Below, piece after piece: positions 13,715 through 30,472 of a stretch of DNA of 64,000 nucleotides (position 1 is the stretch's first letter; each line of letters opens with the position of its first letter). The translations under genes and the position numbers were made by a program. The stretch comes from Eledone cirrhosa. Taxonomy: Eukaryota. The stretch lies in assembly GCA_964016885.1 (NCBI GenBank), contig OZ024741.1, positions 83,266,001 through 83,330,000 on the forward strand, in the 5' to 3' direction. The notes beneath the pieces were generated by a model, which was not told where the DNA came from, ran no database searches, and worked only from the letters and a program-made list of their open reading frames with translations.

Positions 13715-13960
13715 GAAATATATATACATTTCTGTGTGTGTAATATTTATATATATATACGCACACAGAAATATATATATATACACACAGAAATATATAT
13801 GCATTTCTGTGTGTGTAATATATATATATATATACACACAGAAATATATATACATTTCTGTGTGTGTAATATATATATATATATATATACACACACAGAA
13901 ATATATATACATTTCTGTGTATGTAATATATATATATACACACACACACAGAAATATATG
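13715..13960. repeat. Palindromic minisatellite: ATTTCTGTGTGTG alternating with its reverse complement CACACAGAAAT, separated by (TA)n
   Basis: About four inverted pairs read directly. Confidence 0.85.
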
Positions 13961-14498
13961 GGCATTTCTCTGTTTGTCTGTCTGTCTGTCTGTCCATCCC
14001 TAAAACTCAAATGTATGTGCTACAGAAATATTACCTTCCCCTTCCTTTCTCCACTTTGGTACTACCAAGAGAAACACTGTCGCGATAGAAACATTACCTT
14101 CACCTCTCAACTGACATTGGTCACTGAGGCCGAGGGAATCGCTGGTTGCTATAGAGACACCTTGCACAAGCCAGAAGTAACCAGTTCGAGGCGGTTCTGA
14201 CTTGACACCATGCCAAGGACCATTTGAAGATATATTTCCATCGTTATATCATAACGTTTATGTATCATAACGTTTATATTTCCGTCACTAATCTCTTTTT
14301 CTCCTTTTTCGTTTTAACATATATTTATTTCAAAGATTTCACCGTATAGATAACATATATATTTATACATGCATAAAAGACACACCGAGAGACGGTGAAC
14401 ATGTGGTGCCGAAAACATTTCTCATCCAAATCTCAACAATATCAGTATATACACTAGATTTGCTAGCAGAAAACCCCCACCGGGTGGTTTTCTACTAT

Positions 14499-15236
14499 TC
14501 TATATATATAAAACTGAGGATTTGTGACTGTGTGTGAGTTTGAATCCCTAAAACTCGAGAACCTCCCACCGACTGTTTTCAAACCTTACACATGTAATAC
14601 TTATGTTTCAGATAGTGTTCTGAGCAAAAGAAATTTCAAATGTTCAATGCCCTAGGGACCACATTAGGCGATATCTCTCTATAATTCTTAGTCTTTCTCT
14701 TTTTAGATATATACATACATATCACGTCGCGCCCTTATAATATCTCTGTCTGCATTACGTCACTTCCATGAGGATGTCTGTCTGTGTGTGTGTGTGTGTC
14801 TGTGAGTTTGAATCCCTAAAACTCGAGAAGTACCCAACCGATTTTTATCAAACTTTACATGTGTATTACTTATGTTTCAGGGAGTGTTATGCACATAAAA
14901 CTCAACTTTTTGATCTCCTAGGGCCCGCACTTAAATGAAAAACTGCGTTTTTAAAGTTTTTTGGAGGCGTTACGTCTAGCCGATTTTTCCGAAATTTCAA
15001 GGCATTATGCACATTAAAAAAAATTCATTTTCTTGATCCCCAAGAGCCCGCATTAGGTGAAAACCTTCATTTTTCCTGCTTCATCGAGGAAAATCTTAAA
15101 GATTATCCAGCCATCAGAGAATTCAGTTTATTTTCTTTACATATTGTCCAGGCATGCAGTTTTTCCACGATTAGGTCTGTTGGCGGCCCGCCTTCCAAAA
15201 TACCTTATCCCGTGCAACGCCGGGTACCACTGCTAG
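14499..15236 (+). mobile_element. Non-autonomous Helitron, copy 1
   Basis: 5' TCTATATATATAAAACTGAGG; 3' hairpin CCCGTGCAACGCCGGG followed by CTAG at 15233-15236; internal subrepeats. Confidence 0.85.
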
Positions 15237-15239
15237 TAG

Positions 15240-15880
15240 TCTATATATACAAAACTGAGGATGTCTGTCTGCGTGTGTGTGTGTCTGTGAGTTTGAATCC
15301 CTAAAACTCAAGAAGTACCAAACCGATGTTTTTCAAACTTTACATGTTTATTACTTATGTTTCGGGGAGTGTTATGCACATAGAGAAATTCAACTTTTTG
15401 ATGCCCTAGGGACCGCATTAGGTGAAAAACTGCGTTTTGTCAGCATTTTAAGGGGGTTTTTTTAGGCGTTACCTCAGACCGATCACCTTGAAATGATAAC
15501 TATGTATTAGTCAGTCTCTTCATCATACCCTGAGCAAAGAAAATCCAACTTTTTTATGGCATAGGGCCCGCATTAGCTGAAAAACTTCATTTTTTCAGCT
15601 TTTTAGGTCTGTTTTAAGCCGATTTTCCCGAAATTTCAAGGCATGTTATGCACATAAAAAAAATTCATTTTCTTGATCCCCTAGCGCCCGCATTATGTAC
15701 AAACCTACATTTGTCCTTCTTCATCGAGGAAAATCTTAAAGATTATCCAGCCATCAGAGTATTCGGTTTATTTTCTTTATATATTGTACAGGCATGCAGT
15801 TTTTCCACGATTGGGTCTGTTGGCGGCCCGCGTTCGTTCCAAAATACCTTATCCCGTGCAACGCCGGCTACCACTGCTAG
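15240..15880 (+). mobile_element. Non-autonomous Helitron, copy 2 (head-to-tail with copy 1)
   Basis: 5' TCTATATATACAAAACTGAGG; same 3' hairpin and CTAG at 15877-15880 followed by T. Confidence 0.85.
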
Positions 15881-16024
15881 TTATACATAAAATAACGGAA
15901 AATATAATTGTTTATTCACCAAAATACTGCAAATCAAACAACTTTGATTAACTGATAAATATTCATTGGACAATACTTAAATTTCATAAATTATCCGTGA
16001 ATGTTTTCACGGGTCCAGCAAGTA

Positions 16025-16055
<31 letters not shown>

Positions 16056-16096
16056 ATATATATATATATATACATTATAAATTATTATAAATTATT

Positions 16097-16232
<136 letters not shown>

Positions 16233-17035
16233 TTTTTGTGAGCGTGTGTGTGCGTGTGTGCGTGTGTGCGTGTGTGGTGGGGCTGTTTGTGCATAGGACA
16301 ATAAAAAACAGAAGTCTGGCGTAGGTAGATAATTACGATCGTTTCAGATGGTCGATTAATTGGTGGTTATCGACGTATCGATTGGCATGGTAGTGGTTAA
16401 ATTACTACCTATATCTAGTCTCGAAATCCCTATTCAATCGGCCGTCTTCTTTAGAAACACTAAACGCTATACATACATATATATACTTATATACATATGT
16501 GTTTGTGAATGCGCGTGCATGCAGTTCTATAGGCATGCATATTACGTATTCCATCTTCATTTTTATTTGATGATATATTCTCTGTTACTGATCTTGTTTG
16601 ACTCAGGTCACCAACAATTGATCATTACGAATTGAATTCTCTTACCACATTTATTCAGCTACTTATCTGCTTCTATTGCTCTTTGTATGATCACCTGCAT
16701 ACTATGTTAGAAATATTTTCGGACGTTACATTCCGTACATGTTGAAATATTTAAACTAATATTAATCATTGACTGATATTGGTTTCGCGTGTTTTTTCTG
16801 CGTTTGATTTCTCACCACAGAGTTATTTCTACTTTGCATTTTAGGTTTCCCACATAATATATGTTAAAATTAAATGGACTTTCACTAAGCATGATAATAA
16901 TACATATATTAAATCGCTGTATATTTCAATCTATCTATCCCCCTGACTCTCTAAACACACACACACACACACACACACACACGTATACACACACGTATAC
17001 ACACACACAAACACATACAAACCACACACACATAC

Positions 17036-17110
<75 letters not shown>

Positions 17111-17958
17111 GTTGTGTATAGTGGTAGCTATTGTGCTTCCATAGACGGTATGCCACAATTAGCACTCGATATTCATCAGAGTAGAGTGTAGATATTATAA
17201 AGAAAACGAAAAATCAGTGATGCATCTGGATAAGTTTATTTCATGTTACAAATGTTTCGCCGCCATGTAGCTCGAGTTATGGTCCTTGTATGGATCTGGC
17301 TGATTATACTTCTGCGGGTTCTTTCAGACACGGGTGTTATGTCCGGAGCAAAAATACCTCTTTCCACTCTTGTCATGCCATTGGCTGTTTTTACTCCACG
17401 TCATCACAAGTTCTGGTCAGTATCTGCTGCCACACGGTTCATCAACCATTTTCCGTCCGACACATTTCAATGCAGTCATGCTGGGTTCAATACTTCACAC
17501 GTCTGCTCACACTTCAGAGTAAGCACGCACACATACTAGAATACACACATAAAAACACACACATATTCAGACACATACCTATCTATGCATTCACACTCGT
17601 ACGCCTTCATGAGCAGACCCCCACCCCCACATTCATACATCGCAGTATATATACCCACACACCCTCTCTCCCTCACTTCCACGGACCCAGTCACACCAAC
17701 TTGTTGATACATATCGCCACAAGCCTTCATTTTACTTCACGCTCTGTATCGATTAGGATAAGCATATCCTATTCAAATGTACACATATATACATACATAC
17801 ATAGATACATACGCGCGCACACACACATACGCCCAACCTACTATATATTTAAATATATATATAAATCTCTCTCTATATATATACACACTCATACATACAC
17901 ATATATACATACATACACACATACATACACATACATACATATATACACACATGTGTAT

Positions 17959-18014
<56 letters not shown>

Positions 18015-18136
18015 GCACACATACATACACACATATATACACAAAAGTATACTCACACATGTCCACACATACATACGAATACACATAAGTACATAGACAT
18101 TACCTACACACGTACATACACACACACATATATATA

Positions 18137-18234
<98 letters not shown>

Positions 18235-20310
18235 AACATATATACACACAAAAGAAAAGGGACAACTTAACATGCATACGGACATCCACACATACATACA
18301 AATACCCACGCATAGGCCGATATACATACATCTACACATGCATACGCATACAGGTTGCCACATGAATACGCCTGCACGTATGCACACACGAAAGTGCCAC
18401 CACATATACATATATAAACACACCTGTAAGTGAACAGTTAAAAATACATTATGCAATAAAAACGGTAAATTATCGTAACATAAAAAAATATACAATGTAA
18501 AATAATATACAATATGATATATATATACACACACATATATATATATCCCCCTATTATACATATATACACATATACATATATATACGCATATATATATATA
18601 CACACACACCCACGTACACTGACTCATACATACATATACGGATATATATAGAGGATAAGTGATAAAATAATACAAGAATAATAGTAATAATAAAATTTAA
18701 AAAAAGAATACCATGATTACGATGCCCGACCCGTGGAGCAATCATATGTAAACCGGGTGCGCACGAGACCGGGCACGCAACATTGGAAAATACACCGCAT
18801 GGGCTGGTACCGGCTGACACGGGGCCCACCGCCGCCCGGACCTGTGCACTAAGCGTTTAGAACACCACACCCTAGACACGGTGCCATGCCCCATGGCGAC
18901 CGTGGCGGGCGTCACATTGAATGTGTACACCGTCAATCGTTACTATGTACTCTACACCTATTTCACTTTGGAACAGTGATTGTTAATATTGTTATATCAT
19001 TGTTCTGTTACTATTACCTTTTGTATACACGGACACAACTTTGCATCTCATAGTATCTGTGTGTAGTATATCGCAAGGACGCACGCACCTTCACCTGTAC
19101 CTCCCCTGCCCCCCGTTTTTATTTTTTATTTTACCCGTTAGTTTATTTTACCCCTTCTTTTCTTGTACCTATTTATGCAGTTACATACAGATTTGAATGT
19201 ACCCTAAAATATTGTAAATTTACTTATGTATTTTATTTTATTATCATATTGTGTTTATGTTCACGAGATTTTATGTGTTGACATGTGTGTGGGTATATGT
19301 GTTATGGTTTTGTGTGTAGATTTTTATGTATGTATATATATATACGTGAGTGGGTTTTGGGGTGTGTGTATGGGCATGGGTGCGTGTGTGCACGAGCTTA
19401 TACGCGCCTGTATGTGCAGATATGTGCATATATATACATATGTGGCGGAATGTGGGTGTATGTGTGTGTGGGTGTGTGTATATGTGTATCTATATATGAG
19501 CACATATATATATATATCTATTTATATATATATATCTATATGTGTATGTGTGAGTATGTACGTATAGCCACGTATGAGTAGGTGTGTGTGTGTGCGGGTG
19601 GGTAAGTGTGCGTGTATGTATGTGTGTGTGTGTATGTGTATATATGTGGTTGTGTATGTGGGTGCAGGTGCATGCATTTTCGGGCCTCTATATCTGTGTA
19701 TATGTATTTGTGCATACAAGTATGTGTTTATGTGCATCTCTTGGGAATGTGTGCGGATGATTATATATGGACTATATATGTTTAACATTTTTTTTTTTTA
19801 TTATTACTTTTATTCTTGTTGTATTATTTTATCAGATATCCTCTATATATATCCGTATATATCCGTATAGGTATGTGTGATTCAGTGTACGTGGGTCTGT
19901 GTGTATGTGTGTGTGTATATATATATATATGCGTATATATATATATATATATATGTATATCTGTATATATGTATAATAGGGGGAGATATATATATATATA
20001 GATATATATATATGTATATATATATCATATTGTATATTATTTTACATTGTATATTTTTTTTATGCTATGAAATTTACCGTTTTTATTGCATAATGTATTT
20101 TTAACTGTTAACTTACAGGTGTGTTTATATATGTATATGTGGTGGCACTTTTTGTGTGTAGGCAGATGTGCATGCGTGCAGGTGTATGCATGTGGAAACA
20201 TGTATGCGTATGCATGTGTAGATGTATCTATATCGGCATATGCGTAGGTATTTGTATGTATATGTGTGGAAATGCATATGCATGTTAAGTTGTCCCTTTT
20301 CTTTTGTGTA

Positions 20311-20434
<124 letters not shown>

Positions 20435-20554
20435 CGTGTATGTGTGTGTGTGTACGCGTGTATGTAATGTCTATGTACGTATGTGAATTCGTATGTATGT
20501 GTGGACATGTGTGAGTATACATTTGTGTATATATGTGTGTGTATGTATGTATGT

Positions 20555-20963
20555 GGGAGAGATGACCCCTTAGCCTTTGTCAAGGCAGAATTCTAGGAGA
20601 AGGAAAACTCTGATATAACACCTGCAACCCTGATGGTATCCAATAATGTTGACTTGTTCTTCTTTTTGGTAAATATCATCTTGGTTAAGAGAGAGGGACT
20701 GGCTTTGTGCAGTGCCTTTGCTCACTATAAAAGCTTCACGGCACAGGCATTGCTCTATATCTGGAGATCTCTCTGCACTTGTCATCACATGGTACCATGG
20801 GCCAAACACTATGTGTCAATAATTGTCACAGATGTAGTGCTTGTACCAGAGTTTTCAAGTCGCTGGCTGGACTAAAAAGTCACACTTGTTCAATGCATCG
20901 GTAGGTATTCTCCTACATGGATATAAAGTAGTGGCCGTACTACAAAACGAGTTAGCAGCCACC

Positions 20964-20965
<2 letters not shown>
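20555..20965 (+). mobile_element. Fragment of a short RTE-UTR-like repeat inserted in the right arm
   Basis: TTCTAGGAGAAGGAAAACTCTGA..ATGTTGACT.GTTCT..CACT.TAAAAGCTTCA..GCACA..CATTGCT aligns with 43720-43920. Confidence 0.55.
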
Positions 20966-20998
<33 letters not shown>

Positions 20999-21113
20999 AC
21001 GAAGGAAATGTGGTAAGGAACCAGGTGGACCATAACGCACCAAAGTACTCAATACAGAGTCCAGAATTAGCCGTCGAAACGGCTTGAGCTAAGCCGTCGG
21101 GGTCCTACTCCTT

Positions 21114-21183
<70 letters not shown>

Positions 21184-21862
21184 CACATGTGTTTATATAT
21201 GTATGTATGTGTATGTATGTGTGTATGTATGTATATATGTGTGTGTATGAGTGTGTATATATATAGAGAGAGCGATTTATATATATATTTAAATCTATAG
21301 AAGGTTGGGCGTACGTGTGTGTGCGCGCGTATGTATGTATGTATGTATGTATATATTTGTACGTTTGAATAAGATATGCTTATCCTAATTGATACAGAGC
21401 GTGAAGTAAACAACCGTATGAAGGCTTGTGGCGATATGTATCAACAAGTTGGTGTGACTGGGTTCGTGGAAGTGAAGGAGAGAGGGTGTGTGAGTATATA
21501 TACTGCGACATATGTATGTATGTGTGTGTGTGTGTGTGTCTGCGCATGTAGGCGTACGAGTGTGAATGTATAGATGCATGTGTCTGAAAGTGTGTGTGTT
21601 TTTATGTGTGTATTCTAGTATGTGTGCGTGCTTACTCTGAAGTGTGAGCAGACGTGTGAAGTACTGAAACCAGCATGACTAGATTGAAATGTGTCGGACA
21701 GAAAATAGTTGATGAACCGTGTGGCAGCAGATACTGACCAGAACTTGTGATGACGTGGAGTAAAAACAAACAATGGCATGACAAGAGTGGAAAGAGGGTT
21801 TTTTGAGGGTGTTGTTTTGATGATAACACCCCAGTGATAAAATTTGCTCCGGACATAATAGC

Positions 21863-21953
21863 CGTGTCTGAAAGAACCCGCAGAAGTTGACTCAGCCAGA
21901 TCCATACAAGGACCATGACTCGAGCTACATGCCGACGAAACATTTGTAACACG
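21863..21953 (+). ncRNA. Variant hammerhead motif with CTGAAAGA core and 61-nt stem II region (mirror copy 17242-17332 -)
   Basis: CGTGT CTGAAAGA [61 nt] GAAA C-ATTT-GTA ACACG; stem I CGTGT/ACACG closes at the canonical positions. Confidence 0.5.
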
Positions 21954-23625
21954 AATTAAACTAAGTCCAGATGCATACCTGCTTCTGTTTCTGCGGGTTC
22001 TTTCAGACACGGGTGTTATGTCCTGAGCAAATTTTATCACTGGGGTGTCATCATCAAAACATCACCCTCGAAAAACCCTCTTTCCACTCTTGTCATGCCA
22101 TTGGCTGTTTTTACTCCACGTCATCACAAGTTCTGGTCAGTATCTGTTGCCACACGGTTCATCAACCATTATATATATATATACGGCCCGTTATCAGATT
22201 ATTTCCTCTAGTTAAACTTACGGAAGTCAACGTCAATAGTTTTACAGCTTTTATAAATTTATTCCTTATATATTTCCAGCAACTGAAGGCGCGTAACCTG
22301 TTGATTAGGATGATTATAAAGTGTTCGATTACTGGACCAGGCTACGCGCTGTCATCTTGGTCATGACGCTCCCCTCTCACACTGCGTTCCATAATAGCAG
22401 TTAGGCCCACATCATTAAATATTCAGAGAAACCTCATATGTATACAACCTCGTAGGAATCAGCAACGCCTGCATAAATGTGAGCTATAAATTTCATATTT
22501 ATAAAATTCCTCTTATTTCATGCTCGCGTATGTTGAAAACAGTGTCTGATACGTAAATATTGTGCTGTTGTTATAAAAGTCCCGATATTTAACTCGTCAA
22601 GTGGTCAGTCAGGTCATGCTTATGTTGAATTCCACCAAAAAATTCAATTTAGTACAACATAACTCTTATACACATACTTCTGTAGATTTATTGAATAATT
22701 TATTTTATCATTCATTTGGTTTGGGTTTTGATTCGCCATTTTGCTTGTTTGCTTATTGATGTTTTTTTTCTGTTATTTAACAATTCTACAATGAATGCTG
22801 TGATAAACTTGGTAAGTTCCCAGGAAATTTCCTGATCAATATCCGTATTCATTTCCTAACAGTAATGATTATATTTCGTTATATTGATAGAAAAGTTTGT
22901 CACTTCTGCATGGTAATGTATTGCTCATATTCCTAACATAAAATTAACAATTTTTAACGGCAATGAAAGAAAAAGCTATTGTGCTGTGGCAAATGAACAT
23001 ATATTATTCACAGAAATCTGCTGCAAAGAAATTCGAACGGTCAGTACAAGCTGATATAACACAGCAAGTGATAAAGTTTTGTAGAATATTCCTCTCTTAC
23101 CTCAATGCCATATAATTTTTAGGCATGTCCCTAAATCATGAAAGTAATTATTCTTAGAACATAGTTCAGAATAAACTGAGTAAGCCATATATATATAGGG
23201 AGAGAGAGAAGTGGGGGATCATTCCCATTATTACTGGATATTTCGAGGGCACTTATTGACCTTGAAAAGATGAAAGGCAAAATTGAGCACTGTTGGTAAG
23301 GCCATGGTCAATACTAAGAGAGAAAGAAAGAATACTACAGAAAAAAGGCGAACTTTTCTCCCTAAATATGTATGTAAAAACAAATTTTTCCCCCCATATT
23401 CTTATTATTCTTATTAATATGTAATTTAATTGCATTATACACTTCCGTCATTAAAAAAGCGTACAAGCTGAAACCGGTGCAAGTAAATGCGGAAATCCTT
23501 ATTTTGTAAATAAATGTTTTGATGTTATCCCGAGAGAAAATCTTTTTACCATTTTCTACTGTTTTATTTATTTCTTTTAATATATTTCTTAAATATATCA
23601 ACTGGTGTATCACTTCTCTACATTC

Positions 23626-23677
<52 letters not shown>

Positions 23678-23685
23678 TAAATAAA

Positions 23686-23781
<96 letters not shown>

Positions 23782-23896
23782 AATGAATAAATAAATGAAT
23801 ATATATATATATTGCCACACATATCGGACGTTGATTTTCGTTAATTCCTGAGCTGAAAACGATTCTCGCTAATTTATATTTATATATATATATATT

Positions 23897-23935
<39 letters not shown>

Positions 23936-23936
23936 G

Positions 23937-23968
<32 letters not shown>

Positions 23969-24345
23969 AGTTGCACAACCACCACATTTGATGGCCATAT
24001 TAATCTTGTTGATGAAGAACACATAGAACAAAATGAATAAGTAATGTCATTTTAACAGCATATTTAATATTACGGAGTCGACTATATATATTGCAATATC
24101 CACGAGGACATATGTCCTGCTTCCCACGTAACTGGTTATAAACAATACAATGGAAGCTAATTTTATTATCTGTATGTGAGGGCATTATATATTTAAGTCT
24201 TACGATAGTGTGAGATATACCATCGTTAACCTTCCCAATAATCGCCGTTTTCTTTGTTTCTAATATCTTCATAAATACTTTAATCCTTTATTATCGTATA
24301 TAAAAATTCATTACGACTTCCTTTATTCAACACCTAACACCTCTT

Positions 24346-24381
<36 letters not shown>

Positions 24382-24519
24382 AACATACATACCATACATA
24401 CATACATACATATATACATACATACATACACACATACATATAATACATATACACAAACATACACACATTTATATACAATTATCTATATATCTATATTTAT
24501 ATCAACATATAATATAAAA

Positions 24520-25072
24520 TATTGGAACTCCCATCAACCTTTTGAGGAAAGTGTAGCCACTACTTCTATGCAATGTCACACACTTTACAACCAGGATGAT
24601 GATGAACCATCTCCTAGAGGTCACTATTCTTGAAGTCAATCATCAAAGATAAAATGCATTGATTCACAAGTTTCCTCTTATCCCTTCCTCTACCGAGATA
24701 TCATTCAAATATTCAGTTCCCAGTTATAGCCAGTTTTGCTATGACAATACATAAATCTCAGGCCCAGAGTTTCAAAATTGTAGGATTGATTAAGGGGCAA
24801 TCGCTTTATACACATGGACAGTTATATGAAGGTTGTTCACGAGTGAAAGCACCTAGAAATCTTCATATACTATGCATGAACGGTAAAACGAAGAATCTGG
24901 AATATCTGAAAGATTTTTTTTACGGTTTATTATTTTGTAACACACACAAAGACACCACGGTGTCGCCTCATACTGTAAACCAGAAAAAAACATCCAATAC
25001 ATTCATTTTCTCTTCTATCCTGTCTTCTCTTATCATCTGTTTAGCCGGATGAAGCTGGGTAAGTCAGCTTGT
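24520..25072 (+). mobile_element. Helitron helicase 3' remnant
   Basis: QFPVIASFAMTIHKSQAQSF..VGL..THGQLYEGCSRV..GKTKN; degenerate 3' hairpin and CTTG-T end at ~25045-25072. Confidence 0.8.
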
Positions 25073-25117
25073 ATATATATATATATATATATACATATCT
25101 ATCTATCTATCTATCTA

Positions 25118-25257
<140 letters not shown>

Positions 25258-25784
25258 GCTGTCTAAACGTATGTTATTACTCCAAGGCCTACAACCTTAC
25301 TGAGTCTTTGCTGCACATTCGTAACTGTATATCTTTAGCTTGGCCACAGCCCAAATTTGGATTTTACTAAGCTTCAACTTGTATTATTATCTCCTAGACC
25401 TAATTATTAATTAATTAATTTAACGAGACAATTCCAATAACGTCTAGTTATTTATGCTTGTTTAATAACGTCTAGTCGAGACCCTCTCATTCGGATTGTG
25501 GAACGGAATTGATTCCTTTGTTCTCATTTTGAATTTGCCCACCAAAAACCGGGGTTACTTCCCTTCTTGGTAAAAAACACGTGACAGTGGAACACTGACT
25601 GCCGCCGCCGGTAGCAGTTCAGTGCTACACTTCACACCGGCTTGAGGCATGGAACGAAAATCCTGTTGACAACGTGAGTACACAGTTCGATCATAGAAAA
25701 CCACAAACTTGCATATTGAGCAAGTAGGGTCGATGATTTAGGTCGCCGATCCAGCAGAAATTTAACATTAGAATTGAAAATTTC

Positions 25785-26038
25785 AATTTCTGCTGGACCG
25801 GCGACCGCTCTGTACAATCAGTTCCTGATTATTAATGGAATTGTATAAGAATCCAACACACATAATTTTCAGCGAACAAGAGGAGTAGCGAGTTTGATAA
25901 GTACCAAAGAGTACGAAACAGAGCTCTGTCAGTTTATCTCCCCTGTTTGCTAAAAATTTAAATAAGTGACATTGTCACTATTTAAAAACAATAGCGTATG
26001 GTCTTCAAAATGCTTTTAATTAAGTATACAGTGTATTG

Positions 26039-26040
<2 letters not shown>
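25785..26040 (+). repeat. Second copy of the 7160-7440 HHR family, core decayed
   Basis: Alignable throughout; TTGATAA replaces CTGATGA, but GTAC/GTAC stem II and GAAAC-AGAGCTCT-GTC are intact; ends in (TA)n. Confidence 0.75.
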
Positions 26041-26133
<93 letters not shown>

Positions 26134-26253
26134 CAAAATATTGCTTATTATGATCCAGTTCTTGCTTAAGAAAGCCAGTTTCATGGAAGGTTTCAACGTA
26201 CGGTTAGGGGTAACTCCACATTTGCAAGAATTCCGTTCAATCTTGGAGTATAA

Positions 26254-28383
26254 AGTATAAATAAGAAAACACAGGTAAGCATTAAGAGAAGGATTTTATC
26301 CAGCTATTTACGACCGTTTCATTGGTAAGTGCAACCTTATATTGCTATACTACAAATAGCAGCTACTCAATTATAATTGTTGTTCACAGTCCAAATTTTC
26401 AAAATAGTAAGTTACTCTTGAAATAATTCCTAATATATAGAGAACAACATTTATTTGGAATTGTATTTACTAGTATAGAGAGAGAGGAATCAGAAGGTGA
26501 GGGGACAAACGGAATAGTATAGAGAGAGAGGTAGGAAGTAGAGTGACAAACTGAGATGGAGGGAGGGGTAGAGGTGGAAGGATTCCTTGGTCAGTTTTGA
26601 TAGCAGACTTCATGTCGTGGTATGTAGTGAGTTAAAGAGAATTAAGTTGATCATAGTGGGAGGGATGGATAGAGAGGGAGAGAGAGAGGGGGGAGATATA
26701 AAGAGATAAATATATATATATATATAAAAATAAAGATAAAGTAAATAATAACAAAAATAAAAGCAAAGAAGGGGGTGAGAAAGAAGAAAAGAAAAGATAG
26801 CCAAGAAGGGGAGGGAAGGAAGGAAGAAAACGAAGAAATAGAAGAGGAATGAGGGAGAAGACAGGGATATGTGTATTGGTTTTGTGGGTAATTAAAAGGG
26901 TTTAGATACAACAAGAGGGTATAAAGTCTAAGTATATGCAGTTTGTCAGTAGGTTAAGGGTTCGATTTGTAGTGCGAAAACTTCTCTTTGAGTCTATGGT
27001 TACAATAAATTGATCTTTCGATTTTATTGTTGAGTAACTTATTCTTCGAACTTAAGATGTGGAACAGCTCCAGGTCGCATAATCGACAGCTTCTCATACC
27101 ACTCCGATATGGGGGCGCTTTCGATAATTTTTTCCACTTCAGGGTGTATTGATGGTTACTTTCCCTCAGTTGCAGGTCTTGTTTGCAAGGGTAGTTACAT
27201 AACGGTGCTGGGAATGTGTCATTGCGTAACGGTGTGTATACCAACGGGCTTTAAATCTATTCCCAGTCGCTCCGATGTAATACCATTTCTAGTTGTCTGA
27301 TTCCACTGTACATTGGTAAACCAGGTTAGACTGCATAAATTCATGATGTAATGGACAGGTTTCAGGTGAGGTGGCAGTTACAGTTCTTGTCATGGGCAAC
27401 TTTGGCATTATTTGTGGGCTGCGATGCCTGTACAAGTGTGTTACGTTTTGTTTGCCTATTAGCGGTTGGTTGTGTATTAGATATTCTGTTGTGTTCGGTG
27501 TTGATTGTATTGTTATTGTTGTAAATTTGTGTTCTGGTGTTGTTATGTATCTTTTTAGCGTTAAGCATCTTAATGTGTGCCTCTATATTTGGTGCCGTGG
27601 AGTAAGATAGTCTAATAGATTTAGTGTTAAGGATTTTGCTGTATCTATGTGAATCTGGAAAGTGCTTATTTATTATTCTAAAGAAGGTAGAGGGTAGGTT
27701 AGTACTAATAGAGGTGTAAAATATGGGGTTATACCAAATATATTTTCTACTGCGTGACTTGTTTGATTTCGATGTTGTATTTCTATTTGCCGTATACTTT
27801 GCAGTTCTATGCGTAAGTGCGTGTGTGCGTGTGTTTCCTGGACTTTGTGTTATGCGTGTTCGTGTTCGCTTCACGGAGGCTTTTATTTTTGGCATTATTA
27901 TCTTAATCTTTATTTTATATATATATATATATATATTTATCTCTTTATATCTCCCCCCTCTCTCTCTCCCTCTCTATCCATCCCTCCCACTATGATCAAT
28001 TTTATTCTCTTTAACTCACTACATTCCACGACATGAAGTCTGCTATCAAAACTGACCCAGGAATCCTTCGATCTCAGTTTGTCACTCTACTTCCTACCTC
28101 CTCCCCCTTCCTCTCTCTCTGTACTATTCCGTTTGTCCCCTCACCTTCTGATTCCTCTCTCTATATACTAGTAAATAAAATTCCAAATAAATTTTGTTCT
28201 CTATATATTAAGAATTATTTCAAGAGTAACTTACTATTTAGAAAATTTAGACTGTGAACAACAATTATAATTGAGTAGCTGCTATTTGCAGTACAGTAAT
28301 ATAAGGTTGCACTTACCAATGAAACGGTCGTAAATACCTGGTTAAAATCCTTCTCTTAATGCTTACCTGTGTTTTCTCTGTTA

Positions 28384-28388
<5 letters not shown>
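26254..28388 (-). mobile_element. 5'-truncated Penelope-like element: thumb plus GIY-YIG remnant (26954-27780) with an inverted 3' copy
   Basis: WYNPIF..TNL..F..II.KHFP..H.Y.KILN..LSYS..PNI; CNC..CPL; LVYQCTV..YIGATGNRFKARW..H; CRLCDLE..LN..CNHR; 26254-26757 is inverted at 27883-28388. Confidence 0.9.
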
Positions 28389-28448
<60 letters not shown>

Positions 28449-28449
28449 G

Positions 28450-29670
<1,221 letters not shown>

Positions 29671-29717
29671 TATATATATATGCACATGCATACATATACA
29701 AACGTACACACACACAC

Positions 29718-29789
<72 letters not shown>

Positions 29790-30423
29790 GTATGTTTATT
29801 TTCTTCGCTATTCTTCTCATTTTATTTTCAATCAAAGAGTGTTCACACTTCCGTCCACATAACCATATATAATTTTCAGTTTCAACAACAAACATTCAAT
29901 CATGAATGAGACATTTATATTTGGCACATAAAAAGCAGTTCTATTTAATCTTTTCCCTGTTATATACGCAACATGAAAATGACAGCCCTTTTCTTTGTTT
30001 GTTTATATTTCCATCTCTTTTTACGTTTCAATGAACATAGAATGATAAATTATCAGTTGAAAAAATTGCATGACCTTACACGGATTTGGTAGATAAAAAG
30101 ACATATCTCGTCCTTGTTAGCGTGAGAAATATATGTTGTCATCCAGTATGTTCCCATATAGAATATATTCAAAACAAATCAACATGAAAATAGAAGAAAT
30201 AATAATACACAGAATAAACGAGTATATATAACTAAACTGAAACTGACAGCAGTAGATGAGGCTGATGATACTGCGAGTTCTCATGAAGATAATAATGAGG
30301 ATGGTGTTGATAGTGATGATGATATTTGTATATCTATATGTGTGTGCATATGTGTGTGCATGTGTGTGTGTGTGTGTAAATATCTATATATCTATATCTA
30401 TCTATCTATCTCTATATATATAT

Positions 30424-30472
<49 letters not shown>

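Noticed and set aside
18716-18935. GC-rich island in the centre of the 5-kb fold-back
   Set aside because: No convincing protein motif or RNA gene could be assigned.
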